A DNA stretch of 44,413 bases, the filler included, from a candidate division TA06 bacterium SM23_40 (GTDB lineage Bacteria; LJUI01; SM1-40), in assembly GCA_001303705.1 (NCBI GenBank). It is 4 parts of 4 records of this genome, joined end to end, with 100 filler letters (N's around TTAATTAATTAA, not from the genome) between each part and the next. Parts side by side here need not be neighbours in the genome. Positions count along the whole stretch, not along the records: positions 10,164 to 24,036 come from LJUI01000060.1; positions 24,137 to 37,911 come from LJUI01000061.1; 2 more parts are not named here. One strand, 5' to 3'. Every line of letters starts with the position of its first letter. The stretch's first letter is position 1. The translations under genes were made by a program, and so were the position numbers. The notes beneath the pieces are model-generated. The model was given only the letters and a program-made list of their open reading frames with translations. It had not been told where the DNA came from and ran no database searches. Below are positions 18,099 through 28,422 of this stretch, piece after piece.

Positions 18099-18926
18099 AT
18101 GTCGATGGACGTTGAATCGTTCTACGGTCTGGCGGAGCCGCCGTTTTCAAGTGCTCCGGACGAGCGCTTCTACTACGACAGTCCACAACACTCTAAGGCC
18201 CTCATCAAGCTCATGCACGCGGCTGAGAGGATGGAGGGCCTTGTTACACTGGTGGGAGATATCGGCACTGGAAAGACGACCCTGGCCAGGAGGATGCTCG
18301 ACATGCTCTCTGAACAGGGGAGCTTCGAGACGATCCTGTTGGTGATTATCCATCCCGAGATCAGTTCCTTCTGGTTTCTGCGGAAGGTCGCGGCTCTCCT
18401 CGGTGTCGATAGCCCCTCCGAGGAGAAGGGAGAGGTTGTCGCCGCGATGTACCGTGTCCTGCTCGATCTCCACGAGCGTGGGAGGAAACCGGTTGTTCTC
18501 GTCGATGAAGCGAATATGCTTCAGCGAAAAGAGCTCATGGAGGAGATCCGCGGGCTGCTCAACATTGAGCTTCAAGGCGGGCGCCTGCTCACATTCTTCC
18601 TCTTTGGCCTGCCGGATATGGAGGACTACCTCCGACTCGATGAGCCTCTCCAGCAGCGCATAGCCATGCGGTGTCGGCTGGACCCGCTGGAGCGGAAATC
18701 GGTTGGCGATTACATCCGCTACCGGCTCCAGGTTGCAGGCCGCGAGGACGAGCTGTTCACAGATGACGCCATTGATCTTATCTCCGACTATTCCCAAGGT
18801 CGTCCGCGTGTGATCAACACGATATGCAATAATGCGCTTCTGGAGGGTGCGATTGAGGGCGCGCAGATCATCGAGAGAGAACTCATAGATTCGGTCGCTC
18901 GGGACCTCGACCTCGTTCGGGAATAG
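18099..18926 (+). CDS. ExeA/GspA-family AAA ATPase
   Basis: FYGL.E.PFS..PD.RF, Walker A GDIGTGKTT, Walker B VLVDEA, LQQRI, G.PRVINTIC.NALL. Confidence 0.9.
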   Translation: MSMDVESFYGLAEPPFSSAPDERFYYDSPQHSKALIKLMHAAERMEGLVTLVGDIGTGKTTLARRMLDMLSEQGSFETILLVIIHPEISSFWFLRKVAALLGVDSPSEEKGEVVAAMYRVLLDLHERGRKPVVLVDEANMLQRKELMEEIRGLLNIELQGGRLLTFFLFGLPDMEDYLRLDEPLQQRIAMRCRLDPLERKSVGDYIRYRLQVAGREDELFTDDAIDLISDYSQGRPRVINTICNNALLEGAIEGAQIIERELIDSVARDLDLVRE

Positions 18927-18995
18927 CAGAAGCCACCCCCTACAGTTTGAAAAGATCTTTCGCGGGGACCCTCGCAGCTCCCGCCTGATGAGATT

Positions 18996-19853
18996 ATGGA
19001 CGAACGGTACGCGGATCTCCATATACATACAACATACTCCGATGGCCTCTCTTCACCTGCATCAGTGGTGCAGAGGGCAGTTGACTTGGGATTGCGGGCG
19101 ATCGCCATTACTGATCACGACTCGGTAGGGGCAATTGAACCCGCACTGGTAGCGGCACGCGGTACCGACGTGGAGGTCATTCCGGGAGTCGAACTCTCGG
19201 TTACCATAGATGACGAGGACGTACACATACTGGGGTACCTGATCGATTGCAGGCACACCGGGCTGCTCGAGCTTCTCCACAGATTCGCGAGCGCCCGTCT
19301 AGAACGCGCACGGAAGATCGTGGCCAAGCTCGATACACTCGGTGCTCCGCTTGAGATCGATCGGGTGCTCGAGCTTGCCGGTCGCGGTACGGTCGGGAGA
19401 CCCCATATTGCAGATGCGCTCGTGGAGAGCGGATGGGCGAGGACCTTCGACGACGCGTTTCTCCGGTTCATCGGCTATCACGCTCCGGCCTATGTCGGGA
19501 AGCCGCGGCTCGATCCTGCCCTAGCTTTTCGCCTGCTTCGTGACGCGGGGGGACTCTCCGTGCTCGCTCATCCAGGGGTCGAGGGTCGCGAGCGATTTCT
19601 CCCCCAACTCAAGGAGGCGGATCTCGACGGGATCGAGGTCTGGCACACCCAGCACGACCGACGGACAGTGGCGCGGCTGAGCGAACGTGCCCGGGAGATG
19701 GGGCTCCTGATGACTGGCGGGTCCGATTGTCACGGCGAGAGGCGATCCGAACCCCTCATAGGCACTGTCAAAGTTCCCTATTCCGTTGTTGGCGAGATGA
19801 AGCAGAGACGCCGAGACAAAGGTCTGACCGAGCTGGGGGACGAGAACCGGTAA
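18996..19853 (+). CDS. PHP-domain metallophosphoesterase (TrpH/YciV-like)
   Basis: DLHIHTTYSDG, AITDHD, GVELS, HILGY, GRPHIA, VLAHP, TGGSDCHG. Confidence 0.92.
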   Translation: MDERYADLHIHTTYSDGLSSPASVVQRAVDLGLRAIAITDHDSVGAIEPALVAARGTDVEVIPGVELSVTIDDEDVHILGYLIDCRHTGLLELLHRFASARLERARKIVAKLDTLGAPLEIDRVLELAGRGTVGRPHIADALVESGWARTFDDAFLRFIGYHAPAYVGKPRLDPALAFRLLRDAGGLSVLAHPGVEGRERFLPQLKEADLDGIEVWHTQHDRRTVARLSERAREMGLLMTGGSDCHGERRSEPLIGTVKVPYSVVGEMKQRRRDKGLTELGDENR

Positions 19854-19899
19854 CTCGGACCAGCGTCGGTGCGCACTCGGCGCAAGGGGGGAGACATCT

Positions 19900-21111
19900 G
19901 TGTGTGAGGCGGATCTCATACCTGATCTCTTGACGCAGGCCGAGTCCAAGATCGTGCTCCTCGTAATCGATGGGCTGGGCGGGATCGGGATGGGCCCTGA
20001 GGGGAAGACCGAGTTGGAGCAGGCATCGACGCCGCATCTCGACCGCCTGTGTGAGGTCGCGACGGTGGGCCTCACCGATCCCGTTGCACCCGGCATCACG
20101 CCGGGCAGCGGTCCGAGCCACCTTTCCCTTTTCGGCTACGATCCGATTCGATATGACATCGGTCGCGGGGTGCTCGAGGCCCTGGGTATCGATTTCCCTC
20201 TCACAGAGCGGGATGTCGCGGCGCGAGGCAACTTCGCCACATTAGATAGCAGAGGCATCGTGACAGACCGTCGCGCCGGACGTCTGCCGACTCCGGAGAA
20301 CGCGCGCATCTGCGCAAAGGTGGGAGAGTCGATCAACACCATCGATGGAGTTGAGGTCATCATCAGACCTGGCAAGGAGCACCGCTGTGTGGTCGTGTTC
20401 CGGGGGGATGGGCTCTCAGGAGCATTGGCCGATACTGATCCACAGAAGGACGGTCTGGCGCCCAAGCCTGTGGCGGCCCTGGAGCCGGCAGCGGAAGGGA
20501 CCGCGACGGTCGTCGCGAAATACCTCGAGCGTGTCCAGCCGGTCCTGGCGGGCGAGGAGCGCGCGAATGTCCTTCTGCTCCGGGGCTTTGCCAAGTACCC
20601 TGACATTCCGAGCATGGAGACGCGGTTCGGGCTCCGGTCTGCCGCTATTGCAGGCTACCCAATGTATCGCGGCCTGGCTAGATTGGTAGGGATGACCGTT
20701 TTGGAAACCGGCGATACGATCGACGATCAGTTGGAGACGCTGGAACGTCATTTCGCGGATTTCGATTTCTTCTACGTGCATGTCAAGAAGACGGACAAGG
20801 CGGGGGAGGATGGGGATTTCGAGGGGAAGGTTCGAGCTATCGAGGAGGTCGATGAGCGAGTGCCGAGACTCCTGAAGCTCGAGCCCGATGTGTTCGTGGT
20901 GACGAGTGATCATTCGACCCCTGCCGCCCTCAGGAGCCACAGCTGGCACCCGAATCCGTTCCTCCTCTACGCAAAGACATGTCGGGGAGACCGTGTCAGT
21001 CACTTCACCGAGGTGGGCTGTGCGAGGGGTTCCCTCGGCACGTTTCCCGCCCTGCATGCGATGCCGTTGATGCTTGCCCACGCACTGCGTCTGAAGAAAT
21101 ATGGAGCCTGA
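19900..21111 (+). CDS. apgM: 2,3-bisphosphoglycerate-independent phosphoglycerate mutase (ApgM type)
   Basis: LVIDGLGG, TPGSGPSHLSLFGYDP, DRRAGR, HVKKTDKAGEDG, SDHSTP, HSWHP. Confidence 0.92.
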   Translation: MCEADLIPDLLTQAESKIVLLVIDGLGGIGMGPEGKTELEQASTPHLDRLCEVATVGLTDPVAPGITPGSGPSHLSLFGYDPIRYDIGRGVLEALGIDFPLTERDVAARGNFATLDSRGIVTDRRAGRLPTPENARICAKVGESINTIDGVEVIIRPGKEHRCVVVFRGDGLSGALADTDPQKDGLAPKPVAALEPAAEGTATVVAKYLERVQPVLAGEERANVLLLRGFAKYPDIPSMETRFGLRSAAIAGYPMYRGLARLVGMTVLETGDTIDDQLETLERHFADFDFFYVHVKKTDKAGEDGDFEGKVRAIEEVDERVPRLLKLEPDVFVVTSDHSTPAALRSHSWHPNPFLLYAKTCRGDRVSHFTEVGCARGSLGTFPALHAMPLMLAHALRLKKYGA

Positions 21112-21139
21112 AGAGGATGGCACCCGGCTGGCCGAGTGA

Positions 21140-22744
21140 ATGGCCGCGACTGAAAGAATGAGAGGTGAGTCGTTGATCAAGGTGCATCGCGCACTCATTA
21201 GTGTATCGGATAAGCAGGGGTTGGTTAGCTTCGCGAAGGGTCTTGAGGAGTTGGGCGTCGAGATCATCGCCACCTCGGGGACCGCGGGTGAGCTGGCCGC
21301 GGCCGGCATCAGAGTCAGGTCTGTTGAGGAGGTATTCGATTCTCCGGAACTGGCAGGCGGACGTGTGAAGACGCTCCATCCCGATCTGTTCGCGGCCATC
21401 CTCGCTCCCGGCTCCGAGCTGGGAGAAGATGGTGGTGAGCACCAGAAGCCACTGGCACCGATCGATCTGGTGATCGTGAACTTCTATCCGTTCGCCCAGG
21501 TCGCTCGCAGCGTCACACCTTCTGTATCGAAGGAACAGGAACTTTCCGAGGACGCGGTCGAGGCGATCGACATCGGCGGGCCGGCCATGGCGCGTGCCGC
21601 TGCCAAGAACTGGAGCCGGGTGGCCGTCCTTGTCGAGCCGGCCCAGTACGAACCGGTGCTCGACGAGCTCACGAATAACAATGGCGCACTCTCACGGGAA
21701 ACGAGGCGCAACCTCGCGGCGAACGTCTTTCGCCACTGTGCCCGGTACGACCGGGAGATTGGCCGGTGGCTCGCGGCCGAGGTCGTATCACTGCCCGCCT
21801 CCATCGGCATTGGATTGACCAAGGTTGCCGACCTCCGTTATGGTGAGAACCCTCATCAGCGAGCGGCGCTGTACGTGGAGGGTAGTGATCCCGACGCAGG
21901 TCTCGCTGGATATCGACAGCTCGCCGGTGTCCCGCTCTCGTACACGAATTTCCTCGATCTGGATGCCGCTCATGGGATCGCCATGGAGTACGAGGAGCCG
22001 GCCTGCACGATCATCAAGCACTGCAATCCCTGTGGCGTCGGCCGTGGCGGCAGCGTGGCAGAGGCGTATGAACGCGCCCTCGCAACAGATCCGCGCTCGG
22101 CGTTCGGTGGGATCATCGGACTCAACCGTCCGGTTGAACCAGAGCTCGCATCGACAATCGCGAGCAGATTCTACGATCTCGTTTTCGCTCCTGCCTTCGA
22201 TCGGGAAGCTCTCGACATCCTCAAGGAGAAGAAACGACTTCGAGTCATGACGTCATTGTCTCCCGGGACGAGTGCAAGGACCTTCGACCTGCGCAGTATC
22301 GAGGGTGGAGTGCTGGTCCAGGAGGCAGATCGCGTGAGCGACGACGTCACCGAGTGGCGCGTTGTCACGCGCAGGGCGCCCACCGACGAGGAATTGGATG
22401 CGCTTTCCTTTGCGTGGCGTGTCGTGCGTCACGTGCGGTCGAATGCTGTAGTTATCTCCAATTCTGTACAGACGCTGGGCATCGGGGCGGGCCAGATGAG
22501 TCGGGTTGAGCCCGTTGAGTTGGCGATCAAGAAGGCAGCCTTTGCGGGGTTGAATCTTGTTGGCGCGGTGATGGCGTCAGACGGGTTCTTTCCGTTTCCC
22601 GACAGTATTGAGATGGCCGCCGCGGCACAGATCTCAGCTGTCGTACAGCCCGGAGGTTCGCGGCGAGACAAGGAGGTAATCGCGGCTGCGGACGAATTTG
22701 GTATCGCGATGGTCTTCACGGGGGTTCGTCACTTCAAACACTAG
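21140..22744 (+). CDS. purH: Bifunctional AICAR formyltransferase/IMP cyclohydrolase
   Basis: ALISVSDK, GGRVKTLHP, IDIGGP, LRYGENPHQ, IKHCNPCG, GAGQMSRV, ASDGFFPF, QPGGS, RHFKH. True start may be about 10 codons later. Confidence 0.97.
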   Translation: MAATERMRGESLIKVHRALISVSDKQGLVSFAKGLEELGVEIIATSGTAGELAAAGIRVRSVEEVFDSPELAGGRVKTLHPDLFAAILAPGSELGEDGGEHQKPLAPIDLVIVNFYPFAQVARSVTPSVSKEQELSEDAVEAIDIGGPAMARAAAKNWSRVAVLVEPAQYEPVLDELTNNNGALSRETRRNLAANVFRHCARYDREIGRWLAAEVVSLPASIGIGLTKVADLRYGENPHQRAALYVEGSDPDAGLAGYRQLAGVPLSYTNFLDLDAAHGIAMEYEEPACTIIKHCNPCGVGRGGSVAEAYERALATDPRSAFGGIIGLNRPVEPELASTIASRFYDLVFAPAFDREALDILKEKKRLRVMTSLSPGTSARTFDLRSIEGGVLVQEADRVSDDVTEWRVVTRRAPTDEELDALSFAWRVVRHVRSNAVVISNSVQTLGIGAGQMSRVEPVELAIKKAAFAGLNLVGAVMASDGFFPFPDSIEMAAAAQISAVVQPGGSRRDKEVIAAADEFGIAMVFTGVRHFKH

Positions 22745-22823
22745 CGTGTTGCACCGTATTGCGCGGCCAGGGGACTGGCGTACCAAGGGAGGTGAGAGGG
22801 CAGAGGGCAGGAGGGATCGATCG

Positions 22824-23762
22824 ATGGCTCGTTCCGGGCGGGGCAGAGCAGAAAGAGACGGTGCCGCCAAGGCGATCCGGGGCGAACTCCTGAGATCAGG
22901 AGGGCTTTCCGGCGATACCCTCGATCGCATCATCGGTGCGATGAGAAGCGGGGGCGCCCAACAATCGTGGCTTCGGCCCTTTCTCCGCGGGCTCGGATAC
23001 AAATCGGCACATGCCCGGAGGCACGCTGCAGAGGCCCTCGCCGAGATCATCAACAGTTGCAGGGAGAGGATCTCGCAGGAGTCGCTTCGGGCCATCGTAG
23101 GTCGCTGCATCCACGTCATGGAGCGGGAGGAAGAGATGGAGCTGTATGATCTCCATCTCTCAGTCCTCGAGCAGTGTGCCAGGGTGCTGGTGCGTCAGGG
23201 ATGGTCCTCGGAACTCGCACGCATCACGCAGGTGCTGACCGAGCATCTGAACGTTCTGTACACGAGTCCCACCGGCAAGAAGATCGTAGGCGTGCTCGGG
23301 TCGATAGACGATCGCATGGCGCTTCATAGTCTGGTGCTCTGTCTGGCAAAGGACGAAGTGCGGAATGACGCACAGCGCTTTCTCGTGAAGGCCGGGAGAA
23401 AGAGTGTCGTTCCTCTGCTGGAGGCACTGGGGACACACGAAGATCCTCGAGTCCGGGCTCGGATAGTCAAGGTTCTGTCGGCAATGGGTGAAGACGCCAC
23501 TGATGTGCTCGTGGCAGAGGCCGAAGACGTGAGATGGTTTGTGCGGCGGAACGTCTGTCATGTTCTGTCGAATCTCGGTGCTATGCGAGCTCTCCCTCTG
23601 CTCAGGTTGCTCGCTCAAGATGATGACAAACGGGTACGCCTTGCCGCGGTCCAAGCGGCCGGTGAACTCGGAGGGAAGCGAGCGCAGAAGCTCGTCCGAG
23701 ACGCTCTGGCCGACAGCGATGCGCGCGTGCGCCGGGAGGCGAGGAGCCTGTTGAATCGGTGA
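22824..23762 (+). CDS. HEAT-repeat protein
   Basis: Repeats such as DPRVRARIVKVL, RWFVRRNVCHVL, DKRVRLAAVQA and DARVRREA. GGAGG RBS before ATG 22824. Confidence 0.8.
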   Translation: MARSGRGRAERDGAAKAIRGELLRSGGLSGDTLDRIIGAMRSGGAQQSWLRPFLRGLGYKSAHARRHAAEALAEIINSCRERISQESLRAIVGRCIHVMEREEEMELYDLHLSVLEQCARVLVRQGWSSELARITQVLTEHLNVLYTSPTGKKIVGVLGSIDDRMALHSLVLCLAKDEVRNDAQRFLVKAGRKSVVPLLEALGTHEDPRVRARIVKVLSAMGEDATDVLVAEAEDVRWFVRRNVCHVLSNLGAMRALPLLRLLAQDDDKRVRLAAVQAAGELGGKRAQKLVRDALADSDARVRREARSLLNR

Positions 23763-23854
23763 GGAATAGTCGAGGGAAGGAGCGCGTCGACTGAGGGAGT
23801 GCGTCGGCCGAGGGAGGGTACCCGAGAAGCTCGACTGTGAGGGAGGTCGAACGG

Positions 23855-24036
23855 GTGGACGCAGACCATGACATTCGGGAGGTCGTCGGGATCCTCGATT
23901 TCGGATCTCAGTACACCCAGCTCATCGCCCGCCGAATTCGAGAAGCCCGCGTCTTTTCCAGGATCTTTCCATTCAATATCTCCGCTTCCCAGCTGGCAGA
24001 AGAGCCGCTCATCGGCCTCGTCTTCTCCGGCGGGCC
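23855..24036 (+). CDS. guaA: GMP synthase, N-terminus (truncated by contig end)
   Basis: [18 protein letters not shown]...SGG(P). Confidence 0.92.
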
Positions 24037-24136
24037 NNNNNNNNNNNNNNNNNNNNNNNNNNNNNNNNNNNNNNNNNNNNTTAATTAATTAANNNNNNNN
24101 NNNNNNNNNNNNNNNNNNNNNNNNNNNNNNNNNNNN
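24037..24136. other. Artificial contig linker
   Basis: N44-TTAATTAATTAA-N44. Confidence 0.99.
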
Positions 24137-24306
24137 ATGCCGGACTCCTCCTCGAACTCGCCGATGAGCTCCTCCCAGAACTCGATCTCGAACGGCGCAC
24201 CGCCTACCGCGAAGGTGACATCAGTTCGCCCGTCTCTGCCGCAGCCGCCGAGAAGAGAGAGGAACAGGAAGGCGGACAGCGAGACAAGAAGAATTCTGGG
24301 CATCAT
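24137..24306 (-). CDS. ABC transporter sugar-binding lipoprotein, N-terminus (truncated)
   Basis: Lipobox LGGC, then VTFAVGGAP.E...WEELIGEFEEESG. Lies downstream of otsAB. Confidence 0.75.
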
Positions 24307-24543
24307 CGCATCGTTCCTCCCCGAACTACCAAACGAGGTGCCACTGTACCGGGCACCTGAGTCAACAGCACGATGGGGTCCACGACCGGATGAACCGGAC
24401 GGACCAAACGGGCGGCGCACACTGATCCGCTGTCGTATCGAGGCGACCTCTGTGAGCTGGAACCGACAGGAGTGCTCGTGACGGCACGCCTGGAGCCGGC
24501 CTGCGGTGACGGGCCGGCAGGAAGAACGGGACTGTGCTCGAGA

Positions 24544-26727
24544 TCACCGCGCCAGCTCTCTCAGAAGATCGATGACCTCCGCACGCGAATCGAGACTGAA
24601 CCTCGCCTTCGATGGCCGCAGGCCGACGTTGACGGAATAGGCGTCCCGGGGAAGAACGCCGAACACGTCCTCGTCCGTTCGATCATCGCCTGCTGCCAGT
24701 ATGAAATCCCACTTCTGTCTGGTGATCCACCGTAATGCCGCGCGCCCTTTGTTGATTCCGGCGCTCTTGATCTCGATTACCTTGCTGCCCTCGAGAACCC
24801 CGATGTCCAGACTGGCAGTGAGATGTGTGAGGGTCTCCTTCAATTCCCGGCCCCGCACAGAGGCCAACTGGGGATCGACTCTGCGGCAGTGCCAGACGAG
24901 GGAGAACTCCTTTTCTTCGATGAACGATCCGGGCGTCCGATCGACATGGATCTCCAGAATGGGCCGTATCTCCTCTTTCCAAGCGTTGTTCAGAGGCTCT
25001 ATCGTTTCCCACTCTCCGCTCCTCTCCTTCACCCACGCCCCGTGCTCTCCCACAAGGGCGACGTCGAGGTCCTTGAACCAGAGATCGAGTATTCCCCTCC
25101 CGCGCCCGCTCACGATGACCAGCTCGGTTCTCGGTCTGTCTGCGAGATCTCTGAGCAGTGCGAGGAGCGCATCGTCCGGGCTGGCACGGTCGGGTCTCTC
25201 TGAGAACGGGACGAGCGTACCGTCATAGTCCAGCAATAGCAGCCGGGAACCACTCCTCAGGTAGTCATCCACCAACACTCTGCGCGCCTCATCGGTCAGA
25301 CGCCTGGCAGCGAGGTCCTGCTGGAGCGCCTTGGTGTGGAGAAGGCCCTCCAGGAAGTCCCTCGACCATCGCGCGATATCATAGCGTTGCAGTCTCCGCT
25401 GCATCGTTCTGTTGCGCTCTATCTGTTCCTCCTCGGGCATGTTGAGCGCTTCCACCAGGGCATCGAGAATCATCTCGCGATTGTGCGGGCTCACGATGAT
25501 CGCCTCGCCCAGCTCTCTCGCAGCGCCGGCCATCTCGCTCAGGATCAACACACCTTTGCCGTCGGTCTTCGTCGCAATGAATTCCTTCGCTATCAAGTTC
25601 ATCCCGTCCTTCAACGGCGTAACGAGCGCAACATCGGCCACGATGTACAGCGGGACGAGACTGTCGAAAGGCAAGAACCGGTAGAGGTACCAGACAGGCA
25701 TCCAGCCGAGAGTCCCGTGCTCCCCATTGATCTTGCCGACCAGCTCATCCACCTGCTTCTTCAGCATCCTGTAGTGTTCTACGCCGGTCCGTGAAGGCAC
25801 TGCCACCAGGATGAGCGTCACCTCTCCGATATACTCGGGGTTCTTCTCCAGAAAGAGATCGAACGCCTCGAGCCGCTGGAGGATGCCCTTCGTGTAGTCG
25901 AGGCGATCGATCGATATGACTATTTTGCGCTCGCCTATCCTCCTCCGTATCCGCTCGACTTCCCTGTGGACATTCGCATCGTCGGCTGCCCCGGCAAACC
26001 GCCCGTAGTCTATCCCCATGGGGAATGCCTCTGCCCTCACTACACGGTTGCCGACCGAGATCTGACCGAGAGTGTGCTCATATCCCAGCAGGCCGCTGAC
26101 GCTCTCCAGAAAATGCCTCACGTAGTCAAAGGTGTGGAATCCGATCAGATCTGCCTCCAACAGTCCCCGCAGTATATCTTCTCGCCAGGGAAGCAGACGG
26201 AGTATCTCAAACGGTGGAAACGGTATATGGAGAAAAAAGCCTATCGTAGCGTCAGGCATCCGCTGCCTGACCAGACCGGGAAGGAGCATCAACTGATAGT
26301 CATGTATCCAGACAATGTCGCCCGGCTCTGCGACCTCCATTACGGTATCGCAGAAGAGCTCATTGACTCGCCTGTACGACTCCCACAGATCTCTTTCATA
26401 GACGGCATACTGGGTGAAGCAGTGGAAGAGCGGCCAGATGGTTCTGTTGCAGAACCCGCGATAGTACATATCGACGTCTCTTCTGGAGAGATGCACGGGG
26501 TAGCTATTGAAATCGGCCACTAACCTTGTTTCGATCTCTTCTTTTTCCTCCCTCTCCAGTCTATCGAGCGGCGTTCCGCACCACCCGATCCAGGCACTGT
26601 CATAGGACTCCTGGAACGAGCTGACGGCAGTGGCCAAGCCGCCGACACTCTGGCGAAACCGGAGGAGGTTCCTCCTCTTCTCGATTGTGATCGGCAGCCT
26701 GTTCGAAACGGTAAGTAGCCTGGGCAT
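24544..26727 (-). CDS. otsAB: Bifunctional trehalose-6-phosphate synthase/phosphatase (OtsA-OtsB fusion)
   Basis: VSNRLP, WIHDYQL, FFLHIPFP, IDRLDYTKG, DGMNLIAKE, then HAD domain LLDYDGTL...GDDRTDED. Confidence 0.95.
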   Translation of the reverse strand: MPRLLTVSNRLPITIEKRRNLLRFRQSVGGLATAVSSFQESYDSAWIGWCGTPLDRLEREEKEEIETRLVADFNSYPVHLSRRDVDMYYRGFCNRTIWPLFHCFTQYAVYERDLWESYRRVNELFCDTVMEVAEPGDIVWIHDYQLMLLPGLVRQRMPDATIGFFLHIPFPPFEILRLLPWREDILRGLLEADLIGFHTFDYVRHFLESVSGLLGYEHTLGQISVGNRVVRAEAFPMGIDYGRFAGAADDANVHREVERIRRRIGERKIVISIDRLDYTKGILQRLEAFDLFLEKNPEYIGEVTLILVAVPSRTGVEHYRMLKKQVDELVGKINGEHGTLGWMPVWYLYRFLPFDSLVPLYIVADVALVTPLKDGMNLIAKEFIATKTDGKGVLILSEMAGAARELGEAIIVSPHNREMILDALVEALNMPEEEQIERNRTMQRRLQRYDIARWSRDFLEGLLHTKALQQDLAARRLTDEARRVLVDDYLRSGSRLLLLDYDGTLVPFSERPDRASPDDALLALLRDLADRPRTELVIVSGRGRGILDLWFKDLDVALVGEHGAWVKERSGEWETIEPLNNAWKEEIRPILEIHVDRTPGSFIEEKEFSLVWHCRRVDPQLASVRGRELKETLTHLTASLDIGVLEGSKVIEIKSAGINKGRAALRWITRQKWDFILAAGDDRTDEDVFGVLPRDAYSVNVGLRPSKARFSLDSRAEVIDLLRELAR

Positions 26728-27015
26728 AATGACTCTGCGCTCCGTTTGTGGTCATCGCTGGATACAAGACGCCCCGGCGTATCAGGAGGGGGGCGGCCCC
26801 GAACAGCCCATAAAACGGGGGAACCGACGAGGAAGATCGGGCTCATGATGATTAGAGACATCCTACCACAACGCGCCCTCCGGGTCAAGCGCCAGTATGG
26901 CGGTCCTACAAGTCGCTTCTTGACCGGATCTTCCATCTGTGGTAGAGTGCGTCGGATGGAGATCGGAGAGGTTTCGTCCAGCCGAAGCAGCAGCTTCACC
27001 GGAGCATAGAGGACA

Positions 27016-28014
27016 ATGGTGCCGGCCAACCTTCCACCCCAATATATCCAAGCGGAACAGCGTTTTCGCGAGGCCAAGACCGATGAGGAGAAGATCGCCC
27101 GGCTGCAGGAGATGCTGGCGATCATCCCGAAACACAAGGGAACGGAGAAGATCCGTGCCGACCTCAAGACGCGGCTCTCGCGGCTCCGCAAGGGTTCAGC
27201 CAAGAAGCAACGAGCGGCATCGAGGCGTCCCCAATTCGATCACGTCGAGCGCGAGGGAGCGGCTCAGGTCGCTTTGATCGGCCCTCCCAACGCCGGCAAG
27301 TCTGCACTGCTCGCCGCACTGACCGGTGCCTCGCCGGAGGTCGCTCCGTACCCATTCACGACACACCGCCCCGCACCCGGCATGATGCCGTTCCAGAATA
27401 TCCAGATCCAGCTCATCGATACGCCCCCCATTGCAAGCGATGTCATGGAGACCTGGCTGCCGAGCCTCGTGCGAAAGGTAGATTTCGTCCTGTTCGTCGT
27501 CGATCTCTCGAGCGATGATATCCTCGAGCAGACAGATACAGTAGTTGAGCGGCTCAGAGAGGGACGCGTCGAACTGGTCCAGACAGCTCCCGACGACCAG
27601 CCTGCTTCAGGCGTAGCAGCGAAGAAGACGGTGATCGTAGCCAACAAGTGCGATGTCCCGGGCTCACCTGAGCGTCTCAAGATCCTCCGGGAGTTCTTCG
27701 GAGACCGGTTGCCGCTGGTGCAGGTCTCGGCATCGACCGGAGAGGGACTGGAAGACCTCCGTACGTATGTCTACCGCGCCCTCGAAATCATCCGTGTTTA
27801 CACCAAAGAGCCGAACAGGCCGCCCGATCGAGAGGATCCGGTTATCCTGAAACGGGGGAGTACGGTCCTCGACGCCGCACGATCGATCCACAAGGATTTC
27901 GCCCGCAACCTCAAGTATGCGAGGATCTGGGGGAGTAACACATACGACGGCCAGCGTGTGGAGCGCGCACACGTCCTCGCAGACGAGGATATCATCGAAT
28001 TCCACATTCGATGA
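27016..28014 (+). CDS. DRG-like (Obg family) GTPase with TGS domain
   Basis: MPANLPP-type N-terminus, PKHKGTEK, GPPNAGKS, YPFTT, DTPP, NKCD, and TGS-like C-terminus IRVYTK...ARIWG...DIIEFH. Confidence 0.9.
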   Translation: MVPANLPPQYIQAEQRFREAKTDEEKIARLQEMLAIIPKHKGTEKIRADLKTRLSRLRKGSAKKQRAASRRPQFDHVEREGAAQVALIGPPNAGKSALLAALTGASPEVAPYPFTTHRPAPGMMPFQNIQIQLIDTPPIASDVMETWLPSLVRKVDFVLFVVDLSSDDILEQTDTVVERLREGRVELVQTAPDDQPASGVAAKKTVIVANKCDVPGSPERLKILREFFGDRLPLVQVSASTGEGLEDLRTYVYRALEIIRVYTKEPNRPPDREDPVILKRGSTVLDAARSIHKDFARNLKYARIWGSNTYDGQRVERAHVLADEDIIEFHIR

Positions 28015-28347
28015 GGACGCCATCCACCGAGATCCTCCTTGCCGGAGCGTCGGGACGGGCGGAGCGATTATAGCCCGTCCCCTCCTCCTGCCCGGGGCCG
28101 TACGATCCGACCGCAAACACGATACCTCACCGGGAACGATGGGTGCGGAGACTGCTCGCGGCATCGCAAGAATAGGGTTGCGGGAAAGCGGCTGGATGTG
28201 CTAATCTCCTGTCTCATCGGGAACCGACCGGCATTGCCTGCTGGCAGCAACCGTCCGCAGATACAGATTCTGCCGAACTGAGCGAGTCGGACATGGCCCT
28301 CCGGCTCTGTCTCTGTGAAGATGCGCCTGGCCACGCAGCCCACACCG

Positions 28348-28379
28348 AATGACCTGGAGCCCGGCTCGCGCAGGTCATT
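28348..28379. promoter_or_regulatory. Inverted repeat upstream of the acyl-CoA dehydrogenase operon (operator or hairpin)
   Basis: aatgacctg...caggtcatt with 9-bp perfect arms and inner gagc/gctc. Confidence 0.35.
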
Positions 28380-28422
28380 ATGAACAAAACCTCGAATCAA
28401 ACCAATAAAGGAGGTCTTCCGC

